Assembly: GCA_040954595.2 (NCBI GenBank)
Contig: CM082587.2
Coordinates: 2,323,000-2,386,999, forward strand
Reading direction: 5' to 3'
Length of the DNA: 64,000 nt
From: Balanoglossus misakiensis
Lineage: Eukaryota; Animalia; Hemichordata
This document shows positions 21,413 through 34,139 of the stretch, one piece after another. The notes under the pieces were generated by a model. It saw only the letters and a list, made by a program, of their open reading frames with translations. It was not told the origin of the DNA and did no database searches. A program made the translations under genes and the position numbers. Each line of letters opens with the position of its first letter. Within the stretch, counting starts at the first letter, position 1.

Positions 21413-24400
21413 CTATGAGTTCCACTGTTCCACTTTGGCCCTTGACCTCCATACTTTCAAGGTACCGTCATCGCTGGCCGTCACCAGCATTTCCTGGTCC
21501 TTGGGACAGAAGGCCACAGAGTTGACCACATCATTGTGAAGCAATTTGGCCAGTTGGATGCCGTAGTACCTGTCCCAGATGTAGCCATATTTGTCTTCAG
21601 CCCCGCTGTTGAAAAACAAGGAAAGGATTTGATTCATGTGAGATGCAGGTTTACTTTTTGGCAATATACATAATCCCTTGTCTCAAACTCATCTCTACGT
21701 CACTGACATACCTTGCAACATAGAGGTCGCACACATCTAAGAAAATGAAGATAAGTTCTTCATTAGAGGAGAAGGCTTTGTGTCCATAATGTCGCTTGAT
21801 TTCTGTCATTGTCACAAGATCATAAACGTGTAGTTCTATCTCCTGGGCTATCGGTGGAGGTTTCAGTGGGTCTGATATCACACAGTTCTTTGGCCACGAC
21901 CGACTGTTGACATACAGGTACCTGAAAACAACAAAAGCAAGCAGCATGATATTGATTCTGCAATACTGGTTTCAGTGTTATTATTCTATCCTTGGTCATA
22001 GATGGCATCTGTATATGAATCATGGTTTTAGAAGATGTGTATGGATCATGTTCCTACCTGTTGTCAGGTGAGAGAGCCATACCAATGATGTGACCGTGAA
22101 TGTCTATGACGTGATCCACTTTGTCAAATTCCACATCTCTCTGGTGATCCTGTTGCTCTGCTGGCTGTCCCTCCACCACTTCGCCCTCCTCAACCCTCCC
22201 TTCTTGCTGCTCGGATTGTCTGAGATACCTGGCAGCGAGTGCCTGCCTCACATGTTGAATCTGTTTCCGTGTCGACCCGAGTGACCCTCTCATGTTCCTC
22301 GTCATTCCACTCTCTATCTTCTTGATTCCAATCTGATGTGGTGTGTATGCTATAGTTCCCATTGAAAATATCAGATATTTAGATTTCAACATTCTACCCG
22401 GGGGAGACACTCTCCTCTTTTTTCTCTGGTCTCTGTCGTCCTGGTTACTTCCACTGGAAGTATCGTCATAATCTACATCGCCGAGGGAACTGTCTAAAGA
22501 TAAATTTTCAGCACTATTTCTCAGAGATTTGCTTTCTGTGTACTGTATGGATGGCTCCACATCCAGACTGTCTGTGCTGCTGAAGTTGAAGTGCTTTCCC
22601 CAGCTTCTTAGGATGTCCCCAGAGGCTGCACTGTCTACAGCCCCTCCAGTGAAATCTGAAGACGAGAACATAGTGTCGCTTGAACTGCACCTGGACTTCA
22701 TGCTACCACTTCCAAGGTCACTCATGCGTGATCGCAACTCGTTGTCCGAAACGCTGGTGTTCAAAGCACCTCGCTGTAAACTAGGTTCGGTTTCCACCCT
22801 ACGCTGCTCCCTTCTCCTTGGTGCGGTGTTGTCATGGTGACCACTTCCTTGTCCAAGTTGGCTGCTACTCGGTTGAACTGCGTCAACTCCACAAATCAGC
22901 GCCCTCATGGTTTCATCTTCGATATCTTGTTGCCGCGATGACCTCATTTCGGCCATCTTGACCCTGCAGTACACCCTGTCGAAATGTGTGTCCCCGATTT
23001 TCGTTGTCCCTGTAAATAAGACAGCTTCGTCAGTGTCCACTCCAGTGGCAGTGCTACTACTTCCTGCTTTCCCAACACTTTCAGCTTTCTCGCTTCTTCT
23101 GGCTTTTGACGGAGGACTGTGGCCTGTGACGTCACTGGCCTCCCTCTTGCTGCTGCCCGTGCCCAGTGAACTCTGACCCTCGGGAAATTTAATGACTATT
23201 CCGTCGCCATTTTCTTCCGTATCCCTATTCTGCGACGGGTCACCGAGACTTTCAACATCACACTCTGAGTCTGGCACATCGCTGCCGCTCTCCTTCATAA
23301 AATCCGACACATCAGTCTCCGACGGATTCTCATCCGTCTTCCTCCTCTCACAGCTCGCGGTCTCCTCGTTCTCGCTGTTGCTGTAGTTACCGCACATCTG
23401 CCCGAGCTCCACAAGAGCCTCATGACCACTGACTCGTTTTCAGAGTCCACTTCTTGCGTCGCTTTGTTCAGCCACAAAGCAGAGCAGGATGAGAAGTGGC
23501 CAAGGTAGTGGAGGTTGCCGGACAGCAGATACTGATTATTCAGCCAGGCCCCAAAGGTGTCATAGGGTTTATTCAGCACACGGGATTGCAGGGAAAAATC
23601 CTCTGGAAATGTCAACAAACAGAGCTGTTAGCAGATTCTATCAAGTAGTCACATTTCGTGATGACTTGTTTCTTGGACAAGCCATAACAAAAGGCCAAAT
23701 TATATGCAAACAGTACATAGAATCCTAGACACTGTTTACAGACATATCAATCACATGATCTACAATATTAGTAGTAGTACCCATTAAAGATTTACTTCCA
23801 GACATTAGCTTACCTTGAATATTGAAGACAGCAATCTCTCCTGATGTACTATTCGGACCAAAATGAACTCCTGAGACCAGCAACATTGTATCCGAGACAT
23901 TGAACTGTGAAAACTGTGTGTACTGCCATCGAAACAGTTCCTTCATGTCCCTGCTGTACTTAACTTTGCACGGGAACTTTGCTGACCAAACCTGCAGTGA
24001 CAGAATGAAGTGAAACTTTACTGGAGATTTTTATTTCATTTTGTTTAATATTTCCTTGCAGTTTAGTTGTTCCAGTGTCCTAAAGGTAATCTACACTTTT
24101 CACAATGAATTGCCAACCGTCCTCATTTACTTACTTTCACCGTGCCATCCTTAGAAGATGACGCAAACATGGAACCATTATGAGCAAAGCTGACATGCAG
24201 AACTTGATCAGAGTGTTCTTTCAAAACTTGGCTCTGCTGGCAGGGCACATGGTACTTCAACCTCTTGTACTCATTGTGATAAGACCTGCAGCCTCCCCGC
24301 AACGGCAGACTCCGATCGATTTTTAATTCCTGGAAGAACAGTCGCCGCCACAGAAATTCGTCTTGGCTAACGTGAGACCAGTGCTTGCATGTTTGCCCTG

Positions 24401-24485
24401 CTCTCAGTAGATCATATGAAGGCAGATAGGAGAATACAGTAAGAAGGAGGCTGTCCGGAAGACACAGCCAAAGATTCTCATTCAT
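21413..24485 (-). CDS. FBXW5: F-box/WD repeat-containing protein 5; apparent frameshift near 23411 in this sequence
   Basis: ATG 24485; F-box (LPDSLLLTVFSYL...W); WD repeats 'EHSDQVLHVSFAHNGSMFASSSKD', 'YTQFSQFNVSDTMLLVSGV', 'NKPYDTFGAWLN', 'SKYLIFSMGTIAYTPHQIGIK', 'DHVIDIHGHIIGMALSPDNRYLYVNSR', 'SGAEDKYGYIWDRYY'. The large exon ~23602-22076 switches frame after 'VVMRL'. Confidence 0.88.
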
Positions 24486-26396
24486 GCCTGCAAGAAGAAC
24501 AAAACAGGAATTCACTGGCTCCTGCAATACAATTACCGGGGTATGCAGATTGACAGAAACATATCTGTTATCACTTTCATAACAACTGTGTGTTATGCCA
24601 GATGTTAAGTCTTGGTAACAAACTTCAAAATCATAACACCTTGAACAGCACACAACAAAAAAGTCCATAAAGGAAATCAGAGACAAGTCATGTGACAATA
24701 CTGCCTCAATCATGGAAGCTGCACCATGTCTTGTTTCCATGGAAACAGCTTTCAACACTCCATTGTAATTTGGGGAGTGGGTGGTGGGATTGCAAATCCG
24801 CAGCGCAGCGACTAGGTACCACAGATCGAGTTTGCATGTTTGGTGGTGTGGGTTTGCCGTGCATCACAATGATGGAACTTCTAGCTCCATGATCACAACA
24901 TATATACACCGCATCACTAGGCAAAACCTCTCTCGAGCTGCTCGCTCGTACTTCGGCCAGCTCTCAATCAAAGATCTGACACTTACTGTGGCGGGTAAAT
25001 CCAAACTCTCGCGTTATTTCTGATCAAGTCCTATATACATTGCAATTCTGACAAGTGCAAACGGGGTGTCATTTCTTTCAACAAAGTTATCCTTCCATCA
25101 GTTGCTGGTTGTCCGGCTTCCCTGGTCAGACTTCCGCCATCTTTGTTTTGGATTGGTCGCATTGCATCTTGGGAAAATTTGACCCCTATGCATTGCACCT
25201 TCGCATCTCACGGTGCAATCTCGTTTCAACTTTCGGGACACATACAAGTACCTTAAAAACACGAAATAAAGGTCCATGTATTTCGGGGAAGGGGAACACA
25301 AAAATTCAGTCTGACTAAAACTTTTTGGATGAATATTCCATCTTGTTTTGATAATTTAAAGTAACTTTATGAAGACCGCCAGAGTCGCATTTTTTATACA
25401 TGTACATCATTTTCTTTTAAGACATCATACAATTTGCACAAATTGTAAGCTTTAGGCCTATAGGCCAAGCAAAAGAAAAAATAAAGCTTACTTCTAAGGC
25501 TCTATATCAATACAATGGATATGCATTGTATTTCTTGCAGTTAACCCGTCTTCATATAATGCATCTAAAATAGGAGAGAGCGCATAACTTACAAGACGTA
25601 CGCAGTAGGCACAGGCCTACCTGTTTGTAGTCTTAGGGCGGAACGGATGATATTGACTGAATAGCGGTAGGTACAATGGATCTCCTAGCAGCTCCATAAC
25701 ACAATGCAGGTCAGACCATGTATTGTCATGACACACCACTTGAATTCAGTTTGTTAAATCGAATTAGGTATACGAGGCTCGAGGTGGGATATGCGTCAAC
25801 AAGAAAGCCTTCGAGCGAACTAGACGTACTCAATTTCTCCGCTTGTCTTTGTTCAACGAACTTTACTTGTTTACCGAGCCGTTCAGTTACATTCTGGGGC
25901 TGTGCGAATTTTCTTTCCGTGACTCTGTAGGAAAACAGTAAGTATAATAAATTAGCCTTAATTGACAGTGATATGAATGACCGCTTTACAAAGTCAACGG
26001 CCTCGGTCGGTCCAGTTAAAAACGACCAGGAACCATGGCTTGTTGACAGTAACTGTCCTTTCCGTGCGCTTTTATACACAATTGAAACGAAAAGAAGAAA
26101 ATCCCAAAAGACCACATCGTTCTTCTGGGATTTAACGTACTTCATAGGATATTGTGGAGTTTTGTTCAAAACTCACCAAGGTTGCATGTCCCCTTGTGCG
26201 CTGAATACCAATAGGCCCTAGCCGCCATCACACACTTCAATATATTCACACACTTTTTGATATATTTATTTTACGCACAATATATTGAGGCGACTCTCAG
26301 GAGAAGGTGTTCCAGAATTGACAAGATCATTACGTCGATGGCATAAACCGGCAAACTGCTTCATTCTGTTGTCGACTGACAGTACAGACGGACACC

Positions 26397-27281
26397 ATGG
26401 ACTGGATCCATCGTTGGATTTTAGTCGGTACCTGTCTAATATCCGGTGAGGAGACAGTTTTAGTTTTGATCTGCCGACTGTCTTGATTAACAACAAATAA
26501 ATCTCGACTATTGCCATAAAAAATCACAATGGATTGTTCAGAAGATAAGACCGGGTGCGTGTATGTGGTCAGATGAACATCATGTTGGCCGAAAATGAGA
26601 TCTTCAGCTCTAAGAATCTCTTTTGTCCACACCCACCTGTTGATATAAATACTTTATCATAAAACCAATTATTATAACACTCTCACTGAACGAAGAAACA
26701 CTGATATCATGTATATAAGGACTTTGTTTGCAGCTTCTGTTACAGTGAACTGTGTAGAGTGCTGGTACTGTGGTTTCGGTGATATGGGAGGCGGTATTGA
26801 CGAGAATCTAGAAAATGAAGATTGCAAAGATTATTACGTCGACTTAGGGACGGTGCCCTGTCTTTCTGCTTTCGACCGGTGTGGGGTAATATAATTTTTT
26901 TTACTCTGTCGAACGGTGGCGTCATTCTGTGTGAAAATCGTGCAAAAGGTGCAGTTTCCGCCGTTGGACTGTACTATTTCTGAATTGTCCATTGATATAT
27001 CTTTCAATGTTTCCCTTCAAAAGGTGATGGTGCGGTATGATTACCTGGGCCGAATGGAAGCACTCCGACGGATCTGCGCTACTGAGGACACATGCGCAGG
27101 CCATTCGCCGTGTACATCCGAAGATCGTGCAAATTCGATCTGTATGGAATGTTGTCTTGGCGACAGATGCAACTCAGAGATACCCTCATACAGTGGAGGC
27201 GCACATCTTGCCATGAATCTAGTGGTTGCCATGACGATACTTTCTGTTCATGGCACCGCCGTGTTGAATACGAAGATGTAG
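26397..27281 (+). CDS. Ly6/uPAR (three-finger) domain protein, probably secreted and GPI-anchored; 3 exons
   Basis: Exons 26397-26445 (MDWIHRWILVGTCLIS, signal-like), 26734-26885 (VECWYC...C...C...C) and 27024-27281 (C...C...C...CMECCLGDRCN plus hydrophobic tail). AATAAA at 27401. Confidence 0.75.
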
Positions 27282-28811
27282 TAAAGAGACGTCGACACAC
27301 TTCTACTGAACACAGAGAGCATCTGATGTTGACGAGTTGCATTTTACAAATGAAACTTTTCGTTCCTGTTATCATTTACTTATAAGCGTATTTGAGATGC
27401 AATAAATTGTTTGCTGGGGATATCGTGTCTTCATTGGTGACTACGTGATGTATGTTCGGAGCATCCTCGAAGCAACTTTAAATAGTTTGTGTGAGTGAGT
27501 TCAGTTTGACGTAAGGATGGCCAAACCATACTTTTTATTTCTTCAAGTTCAATTTGGCCAATGCTCATCAGGATTTTTCTGTATCTTTCGCGACCTTGAC
27601 TGGGTACAGGCTTACCCGACAGCAGCAAAACCTTACATCCAAGTGTCTATGGTTGCTCCTATTGACACATCGCCAGGCATTGAGTTGCATTGAGTTCTTT
27701 TAACATTCCTGGTCTGCCTAGCAACGAACAAGGGGATCACCATAAATATTACGTTGTACATTAAGACCTTGTTTGGACTTTTAATAATTCGAATATATAG
27801 CTTCTGAAAAGCACTGAGCTCCCGATGAAGAACCACAAGTAAACATCCGGGGATTTGAACATTTGTACTCCGTCTGTCAATGTGGTCACGCCCCCTAACA
27901 ACAGACGGCTTCTTAGTGACGATCGGAATGGCTTCCCCTAATTGCATGGTCTAATAGGCATTGCTGTGAGTCTGTCCCCTCCGCTGGGTTTTCTCCTCAT
28001 CGTGGTGGAAACCAGTCGCTCACAATCCGCCCTCGGTGTAAATCTGCCCGAGCACCCTACGGTAAGTTACGACTCAGTCCGCAAGACTGTGTTTTTCACC
28101 CGCCCGGCGTTGTGTGAAAAGGCATTGAAGAGACCTTGTTAACACTATTATAACTTGTGGGACTATTGTCAATTATATTGTCATGTTGACTGTGTCGCAA
28201 GCGCAACCTCTCTGTCCGCCTTGTCCCGACATCAATGTCTGAAAAATTCCACGCATTCATTTGTACATTTGGTCTCAATCAAATCTCTCTAGTCATATAT
28301 GCCGTTGTTCTTAAAACTGTAATGCAAGCGGCTTAAGTTAGGATTTAGGGCCTTTTAAATGTGTATGAAATATTTTCAACCTTGTTTGTTGTTCTCTTAT
28401 GTAAGAACACTTTCGATCGACAACATCAGATGACTATTTACATTGTAAGATGTATGCATTGGGGAGCAGCAACGACTTAATCTGTGACGGTGTACATTTT
28501 TCAAATGCTTCCATTAAACCTGATGCTTCTAGTTAAAATGTATACAATGTGTATCCATTTCGGTATAATGTGTCCAATGTTTTCTATGCCTGTGGTGTTT
28601 TCGAAACCATTTAACATGTAACTGTTACAAACAAAACCATTAGCGGCCAGTCTTGCAAGCAGCTATTGTTCAAAAGTGATCTTGAATGGGGTGTTTCGCA
28701 GTTTGATTTCTGTCTCTGTTTTAATGGATGATTTGTAATGTATTTTATACAAATTTCAGGAAAATGAGAGCTGAGCCGACTTAATAGTGTTCTCTTGAAA
28801 AAAAACTCAAG

Positions 28812-31800
28812 ATGGCGGAGCATCAAGCTGATGACGAGCAAGTTAATGAGGCCGTGAAAGTTGACAATGAGGAGAGTGAAAAACAGGAAACTGGCGATGA
28901 TGTGGACACTGCTGAGAATACAGCTGGTGAGGATGTGATTGAAGAAGCAGAAAAGACTGAGCAGCAGGAAAATGCAGGGGAGAATTCACAGGAGGACACA
29001 AAACCAGGAAACACTGATGAGCCAGCTGTGGGTGAGGAGAATGCTGTGGTTGCCGAGCAACAAGAAGTGCAAGAGCAGGATGCAGAGGAGCAGGTAGAGA
29101 TTAATGATGCAAATAAAGTGATGGAGTCGACTGACAACGGTCAACCAGATGTAAATGAGGAAAGATCGCCAGATCAAGGCGTTGACAGTGCACCTGGAGT
29201 TGAGCAGAGTGCTTTGCCTGAAGAGGAAAATAAAAAGGGGGACTCGGAGGAGGTAGTGCCGGCCGATGAGGGTGGTGAAGCTGTGGAGGAAACACCAGAT
29301 GAAAATACAGACGACAAGGACAATGTTCAGGAGCCAAAGGAAGATGCAGAAACCAAGAAAGAGACAAATGAAATTGACAGCACCTCACCTCCCAATGATG
29401 AGGGAGATGATGGTGTCCCCGTTAAGGAGGAATCACCTGATGAAACCAAGGATGTATCGCCCAGGGCAACAGAGACAGAAACTCCCGAAGAAACCAGGGA
29501 TGAGTCACCGAGGGCAACAGAACCAGATGATGGAAAATTGGCCCTAACTGAAGAGAATTTGAGCAGACTGGATGATGAAGATGCAGTGGATAATGCCAGA
29601 ATTGAAGAGTATTTACAAGACCACAGAGTACATGAACCAGAAGGTAGGTCAAAGGTCATGGTTCAAATAGGAAAAAAATGTACATGGAAAGTTTGATGTG
29701 GCCAATTTTGGTCAAATCACACTCCATAGAGAGACTGTACATGAAAAGTCTAGCATGTTTATGTTGAGGATTGTGAAATCCAAGGTTTTATTTGGTGGGG
29801 TTTCATCTATTCCAGGTGTTTCAGCTCCAGTTTTGCCTAAAATCAGCCAAAGCAATCCCAATATGGTATCCAGAGGGGGTGACAACAACAAGGACACTGG
29901 ACAGACCATGATGGTCACCGGCCAACAGAACAACCTCTACAGTCCCACCATGGCACATGCTCCGCAAATTTCCAGATCTCCGAGATCCCGGAATGGGAAA
30001 TCGAGAGCCGAAGATCATGACAACAGGGTTTCTACTCATTTATCCGGGAAGCTTCCACCATCAGTGATGAAAGTTTCAACAGTTGTTCTGTCAGCAAGGT
30101 TAGTGGATAGAGTCAGGCCTCTTCACTCTTTAGAGGTCCAACTTTACGATAGAATACAGTGTGTTCTGACTGAACTATTAGTCCACTGGGAGCTCAGGTT
30201 TATCTGCAGACATTTAATATTTATTTCACATCTGGTTATTTATTCATCAACACTTAAATACAAACCCCAGGTATCTGATGTCAAAATCAATTATGTACAC
30301 AACAGTGGCTAAATAATTCAAGTCTTTGTGTACTGTGAAATAACCTGAAGTCAGAGCAAACATGCAACTTTGGAATGTAGGGTGGTCGGTATATTTTGAG
30401 AAGATTTATCAACATTTATCGGTATACAGACTCTGGTAACCTAAAAACTTGACACAGTTTCGTGTAGCAACTCAACCAACCACAGTGTAACACAAACACC
30501 ACTTTGTTCAATGCCAGAAGGGAACCTACAAGATATTGTCTTCGACATTGTTCTCACCTCTGACCTGGATGTCATGGCAACCAGGCCCGCACAGTTAAAT
30601 TTGATAGGCCCTAAGTTTCTTGTGTAAATACTACATTTTATTTGACATATAAAGCATTCCCAGTGCTACCATGAAAGTTTCACATTAAATTCAGTGTTTC
30701 GGTACCATGTTTATAGTACCAGAACTTGGAACTTGGCAGGTCAGTTGACAAAAAGATAGTAACACAATAGAAAGCCACAATAGATATTGGACAATCCACT
30801 GGATAGACTTTCTTCTTTGTTTATACAGAAAACGAGCTGCTATTAGTAAAGGACCAAGCGTTTATTATGAAGAGAAAAGTCACAGAAAAGTAGCAAGTAA
30901 GTGTAATTTTTGTTTCCATGGAAACGAATGAATTGTCATGATTCCACAAAATATAGATATTAAACTAAACATTTTCTGATCCATTCTCTAGCTTGGGACG
31001 AATGCATGAATAGTAGACCGCCATTGAGAATAGATCTAGAAGGCCCCGGACCATGGACATATTCCCCCAGGAATAAACCACTGACAGAGACCAATTCTCC
31101 AGAGTGGACATTTGGTATGAGACTTCATGAGCGAAGTAAGTTTGATTATTTGTTGATTTTTTAGTGGGCTAAAGACCAAAAAGGAAATAGAAATTTTTCT
31201 GGTCAATGTGTGTGTGTCACTTTAAATTCTGATACACTGATTCTTTCTTGTTTTTATTATTTTTGAATAGCTGGTGGCGGATACAAAGCCTGGCACAAAG
31301 AATGGTACCACAATCCTGATAATTTCACCCACAGGCTACGATTTGACCATAAGGTAAAGTTGATGTGTTTTTTTATGACAACTGGTGACTTTTGTCCAAC
31401 TCTCACAGACTTGCACATTTTTGTTTGTGTTAGTTATGTATCTAAATCTTTGTGTGTCTTACCAATTCTTTTTGTTTCAGTGGCCCACACCAGCTACATA
31501 CAACATCAACACACTGGTTGGTACAAGACCACAAACAAAACCAGCAACACCATCATTTACAATCATAGGCAAGAGAGGAAAATTTTCAATTGCAAAAAGG
31601 GGTAAGTCACCTAAGTCTCAGATGTTGTCACATATATTATTTGTGACTGCCATGTTTGAACTTCTTAAAATCCATGTTTTTGCTCAGTTTCAGGATTTGT
31701 TCATCATGACATATCATTTCTGTGATATTTGAATTATTGTTTTTCATTTGTTCTGTACAGGTTCAGACAAGGAACCAGCCCCAAATCAATACAACCGTGA

Positions 31801-32864
31801 CAAAGCAGACAGACTTGTACTGAGAACAGCTCCTGCATATACGCACAGTTTAAGATTTCGTGGAACCACACTGTGGTCTAAATCAGGTATGATAAGAAAC
31901 CCCTCTTTTATTCTGTGTTCAGAATAGCCAGTCTTAGTTCACCTGAGTGTCTTCCCAATTGAAACAGTATTTGAATGATATATACGGTGATGGCAAATTG
32001 GCGCCAATGTTTATCTAAAGTTGTGTAGCATTTATTTTTGGCATGTGGATCTTAGTCTGTCACTTATACCGTTTTAATTGTTTTATTTGACCTGCCTAAC
32101 TTTGTACTTCATTTTTTACTTGCATGGGCCTAACAGGTAGACCAGGTAATTATGCATGCTGGAACTTTACAGCCAATTAATTTTTTTTTTACTTTTCCTT
32201 ATCTTGATGGTCCAGCCAATCACATTGCAGTATTCTGTCATAGTTCTGCGATTTGATTGGCTGTAAATCAAAACCGATGTAAACAACTTACAAAGATCCG
32301 TTACAGGGGGAGCCACTCCCTTCACACCAAATATTCACATCTTATTTAACACTTAACTTTTTAATCGTAGGAAGCATACTGGTGGTGGTGGTGTTCAGGA
32401 AGATTATGTTGTGGAAAGTTCACGAGTCAGTTCCATAAAAACTTGTAATCTCATGTTTATAATCTTACTCTCTCTATATAATTTGTTTACTGTATACATG
32501 TGTCTTCGTGATGTCATCATTCTCATATTTAATATCATAATATTACTCACTGACTACATTAATTTAAATCATGATGGTATTCTGTTCACTAACTAATTAA
32601 TTGGTACTATTGGGAGGTGTAGATTTTTTTTCTGTAACCATTCATCATGTACTAAAATATGCACATTTAATAATAGAATAGAATGAAAACATGTAACAGC
32701 TTCCCAAATTATCCCCTGTTTGTTTTCCAGAAGTGACGCCAGCACCATGTAACTACAATCCCAAAGTCTCCAAGATGGCGTACAAACCTCACCATCCAGC
32801 TTTCACAATCCGTGGAATACGAGGCGAGAAGCAACATGAACTGGGACCACACACAACACTCTGA
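28812..32864 (+). CDS. Sperm-tail PG-rich / SHIPPO-repeat (STPG3/ODF3-like) ciliary protein with long acidic N-terminus; 8 coding exons
   Basis: Exons ~28812-29643, 29816-30098, 30829-30896, 30992-31135, 31271-31353, 31481-31601, 31761-31886 and 32731-32864 join in one frame. Repeats 'EGPGPWTY...WTFG', 'WPTPATY...PSFTI', 'EPAPNQY...PAYTH', 'TPAPCNY...PAFTI'. A probable non-coding first exon ends at ~28061. Confidence 0.75.
32137..32145 (+). other. Candidate 9-nt alternative microexon (adds Gly-Arg-Pro) in the STPG-like gene
   Basis: ctaacag|GTAGACCAG|gtaatt; frame-preserving in a phase-1 intron; TGCATG at 32121 and 32153. Confidence 0.45.
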
Positions 32865-34139
32865 GCCATAACTAGTGATGTCATACACGATGTGTTCTTT
32901 CTGGGGGAAAATCAGCATTTTCCTTTCATTTGGTAGTCTAGTTGTTCGAGTTCAAAAAAGATTGAATTTTGTCAAAAAATTGATTTGAAATTGAACATTC
33001 CAGATTTAATAACTAAAATCAGAGACTAAAGTGTGGCAGACATATTACAAGGACAGTGTATATGTACAGTAATGGTAACTATGGAAACAGACTATCAATC
33101 ATATTTGAAGTCGTTGTTGTCAAGGTAACAGTGGATAAACTTATCTTGCATCAACTCACGGCATTACAGTGGCAATGTTGTTGCTATGGTCACAGTGATA
33201 CATTAGGAATTGAGTGTATATATTTTCTCACTAGGAAACTGTGTATTTTGAATTGGCTTTCTTATTTTTCCTATAGATTTTAAATATGTACATACTTATA
33301 AATGTGTTTGATGTGCGCAGCTTACAGTCTATAGTCTGATCATGTTTTTGGAGAAGGTCAACCTTCTAATTAAATTAATATTTTTTGCAAAGTTATACTT
33401 TTAAACTGTAGCCATGTCATTTTGATATTTAAAAAATCTTCAGTATCATATTACCATTATTATGCCTATGGAGTCAAGTTCAAAGTTTATTCCGTCCAAA
33501 CTGTGCCCATAAGACACACAATGGTAGTGGGGTCACTTTTGAAATGTAAGCTTATAATCTAACATTTTCAAAAAATGATGTGCAAATTCAGTTTTCAAAG
33601 ATTGGTATCCGTCCATACATTTCAGTGGCAAGTGCAACAACTTTGTGGTTGAGAGACAGCTTTTCTCACATGGGTGTTTCAATTTTCTGTCATTATGTCT
33701 GTACATGTTTTTTTTTTTTTGTCTGTGATGTATTATCTAATACAATTGGTGGTGTTTTTACTGGCAGGGATTGTGGTATTTTTTGTATAAAAAAAAAGTG
33801 TGATTTTTGTAAATAAACATATACACGTATCACCAATGTTCATTTTTGCACAAACAGTTTTGGTACGAGTAGTTATTGATCAGTTATCAGACTTTCACTT
33901 AATAGTGAACGTGCATTGGACACTTCCACCACATCTTAACAGGTGAGCTGTGAAGGTCAACCCCCGGGTCAACCATGATGCACAACGCCCTCAACGGTTA
34001 ATGTAAACAAAAAATAGGGAGAGAATGCGCATGTGTCGCAGACGTGACAGCCATTGTGGATAGACAGAAATGTAGAAGTTATTACGAGTAGAGAAATATC
34101 ATAATAATTTAGTTGTGCTTCGTACATTCTCTTCACGTG

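Noticed and set aside
25718-26632. ORFs of 70-147 aa between FBXW5 and the Ly6-like gene
   Set aside because: No domain motifs or consistent splice structure; probably promoter or intergenic sequence.
32371-32426. Acceptor-like site followed by GGT repeats in the STPG-like intron (possible extra exon)
   Set aside because: Phase is not compatible with the flanking exons and inclusion leads to early stops; unsupported without RNA data.
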